Source of the DNA: Gammaproteobacteria bacterium
GTDB lineage: Bacteria > Pseudomonadota > Gammaproteobacteria > Ga0077536
DNA: 64,000 bases
Assembly (NCBI GenBank): GCA_047611805.1
Contig: JBLFWX010000017.1
Location: 3,703 to 67,702 of the forward strand
Direction of reading: 5' to 3'
The position numbers and the translations under genes are program-made. The notes under the pieces are model-generated. The model worked only from the letters and a program-made list of their open reading frames with translations, had not been told where the DNA came from and did no database searches. This document shows positions 46,731-56,679 of the stretch, in pieces; within the stretch, counting starts at the first letter, position 1; each line of letters opens with the position of its first letter.

Positions 46731-46761
46731 GGCTGTCGAACTTAGGCGTTCGTCACGAGGG
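46731..46761 (+). repeat. 31-nt intergenic repeat, copy 1
   Basis: GGCTGTCGAACTTAGGCGTTCGTCACGAGGG. It matches copy 2 at 25 of 31 positions. Confidence 0.6.
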
Positions 46762-46947
46762 AAAGTCCGGTTTGAGTTATTTTCTGTGCGCTGTTGCGGC
46801 GAGTAGTCATTCTATGTAGCGACAGAGTGCGCTGAAAATGGCCAAATTCGGCTTTTCCGCTCGACTGCAGGCAGCGACGCGTGAGGTAGAACTTCGTCGG
46901 GAACGAAAGTCGAGAGCAACGCAGGAGCAGTTGCCGTTTACAACGCC

Positions 46948-48063
46948 CTAATTCCGACCGGCTCCTGGCGTCTCTGAGTTAGCGCGGCTGGCAGATTCGC
47001 GCTCCGTGCCTAGATCGCTTACTGCGGGCACGACGTGATCGATAAAGTTTTGCATGTACTCGGCGGACTGGTCCCAGGTCATCCCGGCTTTGGTTGCCAT
47101 TAAATGCATTTCGTCTGGCGCCGCGTCAGCATAGACGCTACGCAGTTCTTCGATGGCCTGATCGGGCGTAACAAAAATCTTCTCCCATCCAGGGACGTCT
47201 TCCGGTTTTTCCGGTGGGGTTTGCATAAACATTGTGCTGTACGGACGCATGCCTTGACGCTCGTAATTGAAGCTATGAAATACACCGAGGCGATGTTCGG
47301 CCCAGGCTTTCTCGGGATCGTCGGTGACGTAGCTTGAACCAAAAGTCCATATCCGCGCGTAGTTTTCATCGCGATGGTTACGCGCACACGCGGCTTGCCA
47401 CGCGCTCCACCATTGGTTCCACATGTCGCCACCGGTGAGTCCGGTAAAAAATCCGCCAATCGCACCCACATCAAGACCCAGGCGCGCGACGCGATCCATT
47501 GCCGTCGGCACCGAAAACGGCGCGACCACATACATCGCCGGATGCGGCTTTTGCAAGGGTTTGGGGTTCAACCACACGCCTTTCAATGAATAGCGTTTGC
47601 CATCGAAGTCGAATGGTTCATCGTCGGTCCAAGCACGCTGAATTATTTGCAACCCTTCTTCAAATAAGCTCGGGCGGAATTTAGGATTAATGCCGAGCAT
47701 CGAAAATTCCATGTCGAAAGTTTGGCCCGCTTGTCCAAACCCAGCATCGATTCGCCCGCCGGAAATAATATCGAGCACCGCTAGCTGTTCAGCTAACAGT
47801 ACCGGGTGGTAATAAGGGAGCTGAATGATGTTCGACTGGATCCGTACTCGTTTCGTACGCATCGCCGCGCCCGTCATGGTTACAGCGATACCTGGGTTGT
47901 AACCATCCGGGTCGCCGTGATGCTCGGCAAGACTTAGCGCGTGAAAACCGAGGCGTTCCATTTCTTCCATGTGCTCGAACGCGCCGTCATAGAAGCTTTG
48001 CCAAGGTTGGAAGAACTCCGCTTGACCGGCATTACGAAAATCGTAGAGTACGCCGAATTTCAT
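46948..48063 (-). CDS. LLM-class (luciferase-like) flavin-dependent oxidoreductase
   Basis: 371 aa. ...FHALSLAEHHGD..., ...LDIISGGRIDAGFGQ... Confidence 0.8.
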   Translation of the reverse strand: MKFGVLYDFRNAGQAEFFQPWQSFYDGAFEHMEEMERLGFHALSLAEHHGDPDGYNPGIAVTMTGAAMRTKRVRIQSNIIQLPYYHPVLLAEQLAVLDIISGGRIDAGFGQAGQTFDMEFSMLGINPKFRPSLFEEGLQIIQRAWTDDEPFDFDGKRYSLKGVWLNPKPLQKPHPAMYVVAPFSVPTAMDRVARLGLDVGAIGGFFTGLTGGDMWNQWWSAWQAACARNHRDENYARIWTFGSSYVTDDPEKAWAEHRLGVFHSFNYERQGMRPYSTMFMQTPPEKPEDVPGWEKIFVTPDQAIEELRSVYADAAPDEMHLMATKAGMTWDQSAEYMQNFIDHVVPAVSDLGTERESASRANSETPGAGRN

Positions 48064-48097
48064 TGTCGCTACCTCTGATTTAATGTGCGCTATAGCA

Positions 48098-48128
48098 GCC
48101 TGTTGGACTTAGGCAATCGTCACGAGGC
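48098..48128 (+). repeat. 31-nt intergenic repeat, copy 2
   Basis: GCCTGTTGGACTTAGGCAATCGTCACGAGGC, in the same orientation as copy 1. The two copies bracket the LLM gene at 46948..48063. Confidence 0.6.
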
Positions 48129-48530
48129 GAGCGGGAGAGCCAAGCCAAATGATCGCTCATTCGAGGCGAACAGTTGTTCTATTTAACGACATTGAACGGT
48201 GATTTGCACCGCCGGCCCCCCGCCGCAGTCGATCCCTCCTAAGCCCGACAGGCTGCAAGAGTCCTAAGCGCAAAGAATGTAGTTCGAATCGCGCACTCGT
48301 AGATTGTGAGTTTTCGACCGATTGTGATGACTGTCAATCATCATAATTGGCGTGAGCTGCAAATCCGTAACGTCGCCTATGCCGAAAATTCATCAGTGAA
48401 CGGGTGGCACCATAATGTCCGGTGCTAAGTGAACTCGAGCGCACGTGCTGCTGAAAATCAAGACTGCCAGCACCTCGCCAGCAGGCTTCTTTCGGGGCAT
48501 GATAAGCAGCCCCAACGAGAGGAAATAGCA

Positions 48531-49604
48531 ATGGCAAACACCACCCCAACCCTTCCCGGTCAACTCGGCAACGCGAATATGGTATTGAGAGATGATCCGC
48601 GTGCGGATCCGCGCATGATCGCCGCACTCGCCCCGTTCGGGCTCGATCAGGTGCCACCACCAGCCGGGGTGGACGCGAGTTCTCCGATGGATGCGCTATA
48701 CACGTACTGTAGTGCGGCGGAAGCCGGTTTCGAAGGGTTTGGCGCAGCGGTGTTCGAGCCGCTTGAACCAGTCGCTGGGGTGAAATCGCGCATCGAGATC
48801 ATCAAAGGTGTCGATGGAAACGACATTACTTTATACATCCATGAACCGGCGACCCGTAGCGGTGCGGCACCGTGCATTGTGCACACGCACGGCGGTGGCA
48901 TGGTTCTATTGAAAGCCTCTGGCGCGAGTTATGTGCGTTGGCGCGATGAGCTGGCCGCCGCCGGCATGGTCGCGGTTGGAGTCGAATTCCGTAACGGCGG
49001 GGGAACGCTTGGCAATCATCCATTTCCTGCCGGACTTAACGATTGCGCGAGTGCAGTACAGTGGGTCGATGAGAATCGAAGTACCCTCGGGGTTTCAAAA
49101 ATTATTGTTTCAGGTGAATCAGGTGGCGGGAATTTGTGCATCGCCACGGCACTGAAAGCGAACAAAGAAGGCTGGATCGAAAAGATTGCCGGCATTTATG
49201 CACAGTGCCCTTACATCTCAAACGAATGGGCACCTAAGAGTACCGACCTACCTTCGTTATTCGAAAACGATAATTATTTGATCAACGTGAGTTCAATGGG
49301 CGCGCTAGCTAAGGTCTATGATCCGCAAGGCGCGAATGATAACAATCCCTTATGTTGGCCGTATGTCGCCAAAGCGTCCGATCTCAAAGGGTTGCCGCCA
49401 CACGTTGTGTCAGTCAATCAACTTGATCCGCTACGCGACGAAGGATTGGCGTATTTCCACAAGCTGCTCGGGGCCGGTGTGAAGGCGATTAGTCGCACTG
49501 TGAACGGTACGTGTCACGCGGGTGATTGTCTGCTTCGTGCGGCATTACCGGACGTCTATCAAGCAACGATCGCCGACCTGAAGAGCTTTGCCGATTCGCT
49601 ATAA
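48531..49604 (+). CDS. alpha/beta-hydrolase-fold-3 esterase/lipase (HSL family)
   Basis: HTHGGGMV (HGGG box) and GESGGGNL (GxSxG). An SD precedes the ATG at 48531. Confidence 0.85.
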   Translation: MANTTPTLPGQLGNANMVLRDDPRADPRMIAALAPFGLDQVPPPAGVDASSPMDALYTYCSAAEAGFEGFGAAVFEPLEPVAGVKSRIEIIKGVDGNDITLYIHEPATRSGAAPCIVHTHGGGMVLLKASGASYVRWRDELAAAGMVAVGVEFRNGGGTLGNHPFPAGLNDCASAVQWVDENRSTLGVSKIIVSGESGGGNLCIATALKANKEGWIEKIAGIYAQCPYISNEWAPKSTDLPSLFENDNYLINVSSMGALAKVYDPQGANDNNPLCWPYVAKASDLKGLPPHVVSVNQLDPLRDEGLAYFHKLLGAGVKAISRTVNGTCHAGDCLLRAALPDVYQATIADLKSFADSL

Positions 49605-49636
49605 CGCTTGGGGGTAAGTAACACGGGACCTAGTTT

Positions 49637-49680
49637 GCGACGCACTATGCGGCGGCTCGATCGCCGCCGCGCTGCGTCGC
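49637..49680. terminator. 44-nt GC-rich interrupted hairpin between convergent genes
   Basis: The outer stem GCGACGCA/TGCGTCGC (8 bp) and the inner stem GCGGCGGC/GCCGCCGC (8 bp) were both verified base by base. No U-tract. Confidence 0.35.
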
Positions 49681-49886
49681 GGGTTGAGTGGGGTGCGACG
49701 GAAGCCGAAGATCCTTAAGAACGTTTAAGGAGCCTCGGATAAGTTCGCGCGGTGTTCCCTTGTGGGCATGACTCTTCGGCGCAGCATTGCAAAACTAGCG
49801 GATAATCTCGTTCTTAGCAGCAGAGCGTAGCCTATTCGCATAATTATGCGCTGCAAGCCGACCGCCGGTAGTTAACCAGAGGTTTT

Positions 49887-51194
49887 CTAATTTGAGCCAA
49901 GGCTGAAAGCCGCAACAGGTTCGGGAAACCCCTTGAGAGATAGCGGGGCGTGCGGTTCAAATCCTAGATTCTCCCGATTATGAATCGACTCGCGCGTATT
50001 GCTATCGACAAGTACTTCTCCCGACAACGCTTGCTCACACAGACGCGAGGCGAGGTTCACTGCTTGGCCGACTGCTGCGTATTCGAGCCGACCTTCGCCG
50101 CCGATAATGCCAACCGTCACCAGTCCGCTCGCGACCCCAACGCCGACACCGAGCGGGTATTCCTTGCTACTCCGTGATTCTATGAGCGATGAGACGACTG
50201 CGCGAATGCGATTGCCAAGGGCTACGGCTCGCTCGGCGTGGTCAGGCATGTTGACTGGCGCACCGATCAGTATCAGCACACCATCGCCTGCATAATCTTT
50301 AATTGTACCTTCGACTTCGAGTGCGACTGCGCCAACTGCGTCATAGTACTCGCGGAGCAATTGCAGTACGTCTTCAGACGAATGAGCGCCAGCGAAGGCC
50401 GTGAATCCGCGCAAGTCACTACATACAACCGAAAGCTCACGTAAGTCTTCGCGCATCGCGGCATGCAATCCTTCGCGATTAACCAAGGCTGCGACTTGCG
50501 GTGACAGGAAGCGGCTCATAAACAAACCTTGCCGGCCGCGTAATTGTGCGTGCCGCATGGCACCGGCAAGCAGCATCATTAATCCTAGAATGGTTGTCAT
50601 CGGTGCAATTGAGCGCGGTAGCATGATGCCGGCTGCGATCACGGGACAAGCCGTTAGAAATGCGACGAGACGGACTCTTTCAGCCGGATCAGGGCGTCGA
50701 TTCAAACACAAGACAATCGACCCAGACCACAGCAACATCGCGGCGCACATGGGTGCGACAAACAACAGCAGGACTTGCAGCGACCAGTCTCCAGGACCGT
50801 TTATCCCACCGAAAAACTCACGCAGAAACAGTTCCGGAAAAAGCATCGCGTTGACACCGTAGACGAGAATTAAACCTTGGGCGATGCGGATCGCATTGTC
50901 TCCGAACAAAGTGCGTAGATCCCCTGAAGGGATCGTCCGCCGGACCAAATGCACCCATTCGAATATCGCCAAAAAAGCTAACAACTCCGGGAGAACAAGC
51001 AGACTCGCCCAGGGCGGCAGGGAGCCTGCCAGCGACATATTCAAACCGATATTGGAGCCAATGATCGCGAGTCCGACCATTGCAAGACCTACCGCTAGGG
51101 CGCGACTAGTGCCGGACTCGGGATCGGCACGGACGAACGCCCACGCGATGCTCAGCGATACCAACGCGGTAAGAAAAAAAGTGTTGTCTATCAC
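49887..51194 (-). CDS. class III adenylate/guanylate cyclase with an N-terminal polytopic membrane domain
   Basis: About 6 TM helices, then the cyclase homology domain LSVVCSDLRGFTAF...YAGDGVLILIGAP. Confidence 0.85.
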   Translation of the reverse strand: MIDNTFFLTALVSLSIAWAFVRADPESGTSRALAVGLAMVGLAIIGSNIGLNMSLAGSLPPWASLLVLPELLAFLAIFEWVHLVRRTIPSGDLRTLFGDNAIRIAQGLILVYGVNAMLFPELFLREFFGGINGPGDWSLQVLLLFVAPMCAAMLLWSGSIVLCLNRRPDPAERVRLVAFLTACPVIAAGIMLPRSIAPMTTILGLMMLLAGAMRHAQLRGRQGLFMSRFLSPQVAALVNREGLHAAMREDLRELSVVCSDLRGFTAFAGAHSSEDVLQLLREYYDAVGAVALEVEGTIKDYAGDGVLILIGAPVNMPDHAERAVALGNRIRAVVSSLIESRSSKEYPLGVGVGVASGLVTVGIIGGEGRLEYAAVGQAVNLASRLCEQALSGEVLVDSNTRESIHNRENLGFEPHAPLSLKGFPEPVAAFSLGSN

Positions 51195-51315
51195 TTAGAA
51201 ATCGGCCGATCGACTACAGATTGATAAATTAGATTGAGAGATACATTCTAGCAGCGCTCGGCTCGAACCTCGCATCAGAAGATCTGATGTGCCGTGGGGA
51301 GCTTGTGTCTTCGAT

Positions 51316-52623
51316 TTAGTTTGCCTGTGCCGCGTTCTTTAGGTCGCGGGGGAGGTGTCGCGACGCAATGTAGTAGTGCAGTGCGCTCCAAATATTCACG
51401 AATACCGTTGCGACCAAGGCATAGCGTAATGACTCGATGCCATAGGTGGGTGTGAGTGCATCACTGACAATGCCGACTAAGGTCGGTCCGAGGCCGAGTC
51501 CGATTAAATTTACGATGAAAAATAGTAGCGCGGATGCGAGCGCACGCATGCGCGGTGCGACCAAGGCATGCGTGGTCGCGAGGGTCGGACCGAGATACAT
51601 GTAGGCGAATGCGAGCGGGATAATATAAAGCGCCAAGGATAAATGGAAGTCACGACTCAAAATGGCCGCCGCGGCGCATGGCGCTGCGAGTATGTTCGCG
51701 ATTGCCGGTACCCACATCGACCATCGAACATTGCGACGACTCAGGCGATCGGCCAAAAAGCCGCCGGCAAATCCGCCAATCGCACCGCCGATGCCGATGA
51801 TGAATCCGAGGGGCAGGGCGACAATGCTGATCTGATCGATCGGGATCGCGTAACTACGCACGTAGAACGACACGAGAAACGCCGACAAGCCGTAGCCAAC
51901 AAAAGCATGCAAAGCCGCGGCAATGGACAAGTGAATAAATGTTGGCGTCTTAAGCAGCTGTTTGAACACCGCCGGCATTGTCGGCGGAGGTCGATCGGAA
52001 CCTGGCGCATCGTAACGTCCGCGTAGGGGTTCCTTAAGCGTAAAGCGCACCAGCAAAGAGAGAAAAATTCCGGGTAGTGCGACTGCTATGAACACCGGTC
52101 GCCAACCGAAATGATCGTTTACCCAGGCACCAAACACGTAGGCGAGAAACACGCCGAATGTGATCCCGCTCGAGTAAATAGACAACGGCAAGGCGCGACT
52201 TCCTGGCGGAAATAGATCCGAGATAATTGAATGCGATGGCGGACTGCCACCGGCTTCTCCGATACCGACGCCGATGCGGGCTAGGAGTAGTTGAGAGAAA
52301 TTCTGCGCGACCCCACATAGCGCCGTCATAATGCTCCACACGCCAACGGATAATGCAATGACGTCGCGTCGGATCCCAATATCGGCCCAACGTGCCAACG
52401 GGATCCCCATCGTTGCGTAAAACAAGGCGAACGTGAGACCTTGCAGTAGTCCAAGCTGTGTGTCGCTCAGTCCAAGCTCGACACGCATGGGTTCTTGGAG
52501 CACCGAAATAATTTGTCGGTCGACGAAATTAAATACGTATACCAGAGTTAATACAGCCACGATGTACCATTTCATCGAATTGCTCGGCGCGGGAATAGCT
52601 GATTCTTGTGGCGTCATATTCAA
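51316..52623 (-). CDS. MFS transporter
   Basis: 435 aa with 12 predicted TM helices. The loop between TM2 and TM3 reads GIPLARWADIGIRR. Confidence 0.85.
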   Translation of the reverse strand: MNMTPQESAIPAPSNSMKWYIVAVLTLVYVFNFVDRQIISVLQEPMRVELGLSDTQLGLLQGLTFALFYATMGIPLARWADIGIRRDVIALSVGVWSIMTALCGVAQNFSQLLLARIGVGIGEAGGSPPSHSIISDLFPPGSRALPLSIYSSGITFGVFLAYVFGAWVNDHFGWRPVFIAVALPGIFLSLLVRFTLKEPLRGRYDAPGSDRPPPTMPAVFKQLLKTPTFIHLSIAAALHAFVGYGLSAFLVSFYVRSYAIPIDQISIVALPLGFIIGIGGAIGGFAGGFLADRLSRRNVRWSMWVPAIANILAAPCAAAAILSRDFHLSLALYIIPLAFAYMYLGPTLATTHALVAPRMRALASALLFFIVNLIGLGLGPTLVGIVSDALTPTYGIESLRYALVATVFVNIWSALHYYIASRHLPRDLKNAAQAN

Positions 52624-52913
52624 TTTTTCGTCCTGATATTTTCCGGGCAGACGACGTCGAATCGGCTTCGTAAATGGTCAACCATGACGATACTCGATTG
52701 GGGCCTTAAAAGAAAAAGCGGGTAGATGACGCGCACGGTCTAAACGCGCTTACGCAGAGTCCTCACGCGACGGATTCGGACATCTTGCCCAACCGACAAG
52801 CTATTAATACCCAATCGCGCTATATACGGTGGAATTCTGGTGGCGATTCGATTTAACACCTCATTTAGAATATCGTGCCATTCCAACTGGAACGACGATA
52901 TAGGGGTTAAGCC

Positions 52914-53720
52914 ATGGTCATGATCGAACTTGCGCGCGATCTACGCGAAGAAGGTAACGAACTCTACGCATTTTTATCGGGCTTAAGCGAGGAAGACTGG
53001 GGTCGGCCTACCCCCTTTAAAAGTTGGACCACGGAAGACATCATCCAGCATCTCATCGTCGGGGATTGGTTTAATACCTTGTCGATGACGGAGCCGGATC
53101 GCTTCATTGAGCTTATGCAGCGCCGAGTGACGGCGCGCGCCGCTGGCGCGAAAAGCTCCGGGGTCGAATACTTAGACGAACCGGTTGCCCAGGGCCGCGA
53201 TCTACTATCCCAGTGGCATGGTCGATTTAACCATTTGTGTGATCTGTTCAACGCCGCTGATGCAAAGGCGCGAATGAAATGGGTTGGACCCGACATGAGT
53301 ATCCGTTCCGCTGCGACCGCGCGTTTAATGGAAACTTGGGCACATGGCCAGGACATCTACGACATGGTTCACGTCGATCGCGGCGCTACCGATCGGATAC
53401 GCCATATTGCGGTACTCGGGGTCAATACGTTCGGCTGGACGTTTCAGAATCGAAAGTTGCAAGTGCCAGGACCGGCGCCTTGTGTGCAACTCGTTGCACC
53501 CTCTGGTGCGCAATGGAGTTGGAACGAGACGAACGACGATGCAAAAGTTAGCGGTCCCGCGCTAGATTTCTGTCACGTTGTCACCCAAGGCCGCCACATT
53601 GAAGAAACCTCGCTCGAAGCGACCGGCGATACAGCAGTTAAGTGGATGGCTATCGCGCAATGCTTTGCGGGGCCAGCGGAAGATCCGCCGAAGCCTGGTT
53701 TGCGAAGCTGGAAGAAATGA
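52914..53720 (+). CDS. DinB/maleylpyruvate-isomerase-N-terminal superfamily protein (TIGR03084-like)
   Basis: N-terminal four-helix region ...LSEEDWGRPTPFKSWTTEDIIQHLIVGDW... and ...METWAHGQDI.... Confidence 0.5.
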   Translation: MVMIELARDLREEGNELYAFLSGLSEEDWGRPTPFKSWTTEDIIQHLIVGDWFNTLSMTEPDRFIELMQRRVTARAAGAKSSGVEYLDEPVAQGRDLLSQWHGRFNHLCDLFNAADAKARMKWVGPDMSIRSAATARLMETWAHGQDIYDMVHVDRGATDRIRHIAVLGVNTFGWTFQNRKLQVPGPAPCVQLVAPSGAQWSWNETNDDAKVSGPALDFCHVVTQGRHIEETSLEATGDTAVKWMAIAQCFAGPAEDPPKPGLRSWKK

Positions 53721-53906
53721 AATTTCATTAACAGACAAGGGAAAAGGATCCTAGCCCGAGTCGTGCTTCACGGTGTCGCGAGGCGGGATGGAACAATAAT
53801 TTGGATGAACGGTGATCGCTTATTGGGATCCTGACAGTGATTGCGGCGGGTGGATTAACATTCGAGATTCGATGGCAGCCCTATGGATAGGCGTCTACGG
53901 CGGCTC

Positions 53907-54149
53907 TTAGCTGAATAGATTGCTGAGCGAGACGGATCCTCTGGTAAGTCGCCGACTAAAAGAAAAAGGCTCGATGGCCTTACCATCGAGCCCCTCATTG
54001 CGCTGCTCTTTAATTCCCTCATACCAATCATCAAGATCGCCGCCAAGCGCGCGTTTGTTACCGGCACGCTTCGCCGCGTTGGTGCGCACATGGGCGCCGC
54101 CTTTGCCTAGGATCGGCAGATTGCCGAGCGGATTGCGTCGTTTAAGCAT
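53907..54149 (-). CDS. small basic protein of unknown function (80 aa)
   Basis: A strong SD AAGGAGGT lies 8 nt before the ATG at 54149, and it overlaps the stop of the upstream reading frame. MLKRRNPLGNLPILGKGGAHVRTNAAKRAGNKR... Confidence 0.5.
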   Translation of the reverse strand: MLKRRNPLGNLPILGKGGAHVRTNAAKRAGNKRALGGDLDDWYEGIKEQRNEGLDGKAIEPFSFSRRLTRGSVSLSNLFS

Positions 54150-54165
54150 TTGTGTCACCTCCTTT

Positions 54166-55118
54166 TTACATCGTTAGATAATTCCAACGAATAGATTTCT
54201 TTTTGCACAGACGTTTGTAAGGCGTAGTCGCCAACAAAAACTGTGGTGCTTCCACGCCTTCACGGAAGCAGAACTTTCTCGGAAGATCCGAGTGAATTGA
54301 TCTCGGTGGTGCGCGGCCAGTAATTCGTTTCACCGACGCTCCACTCAGCACGCAATGCATAAACACGTTTCTGACCCCAAATTCTATCCGGATGAACCAT
54401 AAGGTCGTCGCCAACATCGCCTCCTGCCAGATCCGCGTGTAGGGCGGTAGGACGTCGACAAAGTATCGGACCCGATTGGCAACCTAGGCATCGGCGCAAC
54501 AGTTATCAGTGTCCTTGCCTGCCGCTACACAGCGTCGCAAATACCGTAGGTCCCGACCGGCTTTGCGCTCCCAGTCACTTTGGATCTCTTCGATCAGTGC
54601 TTCGTCCGTTGCAAAATTAAATTCGATGCGCGACCACGCTAAAGTCTCAGAAGTTGCGACCTCATTGCGAGAAAAGCCACAGGATGCCGGTAGAAGTTGA
54701 ACACGTTGTCTTCTGTGGGTTGAAAAAAGCGTCGATACTCGCGATTGCGCTCGTTCGAGAAATTGAGTTGTAAGACCAGATTCACGCCGCGACACGAAAC
54801 TTGCCCGTGAGTTCCTGGCGTCCCTCCCCACCGACCTAAACTCAAGCGGAAACAAAAGCTCGGGTCTTGCCAGGGGCGGGCGAACGTCTCGCGATCAAGT
54901 GCACCACTGCCTTGCGTCGCGAGTACGTTCTCGACGTCCGGACGCTCAATCAATCTGGCGTACGGGGTCTGTTTCGGCGCTCCGATCGTCTTGTATCGCT
55001 CAGCAACTTGGGACAACAAGAACCAAGCGAAACGTCCCGAATAGTAACGAAATAGCGTACGTCCTCGCGGCAAGCATCTGATGATCTTGTTTAATGTTGG
55101 CTTGTCCATTGCTGTCAT
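54166..55118 (-). pseudogene. unknown gene downstream of rtcB, split over four reading frames (at least 3 frameshifts)
   Basis: ORF pieces 55118-54639, 54855-54484, 54499-54260 and 54417-54166. The first junction fits a 1-nt change in the T-run at 54672-54675 (...FYRHPVAF|SRNEVATSETLAWSRIEFNFATDEALIEEIQSDWERKA...). The total span of 953 nt is not a multiple of 3. Confidence 0.5.
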
Positions 55119-55135
55119 CCATTCCGATTCCGCGC

Positions 55136-56332
55136 TTAGCCTTTTACACACACAATTTGCTTCAAGGTGTGCACGACTTCGACTAGGTCGCTTTGATGAG
55201 CCATCACCTGATCGATGTCTTTGTAGGCCCCTGGGATTTCATCGATCACACCTTTGTCTTTACGACACTCGACGCCTTCTGTTTGCGCCTCCATGTCGAT
55301 CACGGTGAAGCGTTTCTTTGCTTGTGTTCGACTCATTGCGCGTCCAGCGCCATGCGCGCACGATTCGAACGCCGATGCGTTTCCTTTCCCCTTCACGATG
55401 AACGATTTCGCGCCCATGCTACCGGGGACAATGCCGAGTTCACCAAGACCCGCTCGAATCGCACCTTTTCGAGTGAGATAAACGGATTCGCCGAAATGCG
55501 TCTCACGCGCAACGTAATTGTGATGACAATTAATCGCTTCACCGACTAGTTCAAAATGCGGTAGCAGCCGATTCATCTGTTCAAGAATCAAACGCATCAT
55601 CTCGCGACGATTGAACTTCGCGTAGTTTTGAGCCCACTCCATCGCCGCTACGTAATCATCGAAATGTTCCGCCCCTTCACGGAAATAGGCGAGGTCGCGA
55701 TCGGGAAGCGAAAGTGAGCTACGCTCTGCATCTCGTTTCGCTAGCGCAATAAAATAGCGGCCGATTGTGTTGCCGACCCCGCGACTACCTGAATGCAGCA
55801 TCACCCACACGCGGTCGTTTTCGTCCAAACAAATCTCGATGAAATGATTGCCACCACCGAGCGTGCCGAGCTGGCGTACCCACGGGAGATAAGATTTTTT
55901 TCGTAAGTTAGCGATCTTTGGGTGACGTTCAAGAATCGCGTTTAATCCGCCGCTGAGGTGCGTAATCGTCGAGCGTTTCGCGACGTCTGATTTATGCATG
56001 GCAAATCCCACGGGTACAGCCGACTCAATTGCGGACCGTAGGCGACGCGGATTGTCCGGGAGATCTTCGGCTTTAAGCGACAATTGCACTGCATTCATAC
56101 CGCAGCCAATGTCGACCCCTACGGCAGCGGGTATAATCGCGCCAAGGGTTGGGAACACCGATCCCACCGTCGCACCGATGCCTAAATGTACGTCCGGCAT
56201 CGCCGCAATATGCGAATGAATGATCGGAAGCTCAGCCATTTTGGCGAGCTGTGCATAGGCTTGCGGTTCAATCTCATCAGTAAATATTTTGACCGGCACT
56301 CGGCCTTTAGTAATGACTTGTCGTATTGGCAT
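55136..56332 (-). CDS. rtcB: RNA-splicing ligase RtcB
   Basis: MPDVHLGIGATVGSV, GGGNHFIE, HSGSRGVGN, CHHNYV and GSMGAKSFIV. The likely start is ATG 56332; the ORF-track start is 56374. Confidence 0.9.
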   Translation of the reverse strand: MPIRQVITKGRVPVKIFTDEIEPQAYAQLAKMAELPIIHSHIAAMPDVHLGIGATVGSVFPTLGAIIPAAVGVDIGCGMNAVQLSLKAEDLPDNPRRLRSAIESAVPVGFAMHKSDVAKRSTITHLSGGLNAILERHPKIANLRKKSYLPWVRQLGTLGGGNHFIEICLDENDRVWVMLHSGSRGVGNTIGRYFIALAKRDAERSSLSLPDRDLAYFREGAEHFDDYVAAMEWAQNYAKFNRREMMRLILEQMNRLLPHFELVGEAINCHHNYVARETHFGESVYLTRKGAIRAGLGELGIVPGSMGAKSFIVKGKGNASAFESCAHGAGRAMSRTQAKKRFTVIDMEAQTEGVECRKDKGVIDEIPGAYKDIDQVMAHQSDLVEVVHTLKQIVCVKG

Positions 56333-56462
56333 GATGCGACCCCATTGTTTTTGGGGCAAAAAAAAGCCCCGCATGATCTACATCCAAGGCTTTGACACGC
56401 TGGAAGGCGATAGCGCCTTCCGTGTTCGGGAAGGCTAGAAAAACGAATATCTGTTGATGTCG

Positions 56463-56482
56463 TTTTGCAAAGTATTTTCCAG
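56463..56482 (-). promoter_or_regulatory. weak sigma-54-like -24/-12 element upstream of rtcB
   Basis: The minus strand reads CTGGAAAATACTTTGCAAAA: GG and GC at the canonical 11-nt spacing and TTGCA at -12, but AAA instead of CAC at -24. Confidence 0.2.
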
Positions 56483-56643
56483 CGGTCGATTGGTTAAGTG
56501 GTCGCGCATTCTATGCCGTGCATCGGCGATGTCAACACCCGTGACATAAAATTTTACCTGCGACTGATAAGGGTGCTGATTTATTTGGGGTGAAGGTCGA
56601 CGCCCAGCATACGAGCGGAATCGTGGACGTGTCACTGCAGAAA

Positions 56644-56672
56644 ATAAATGGCACCGCGGGCCTGATGCGGGA
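56644..56672 (-). terminator. candidate intrinsic terminator after the amt operon
   Basis: The minus strand reads GCATCCCGCATCAGGCCCGCGGTGC, an imperfect stem, followed by CATTTATTTT. Confidence 0.3.
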
Positions 56673-56679
56673 TGCAGGT

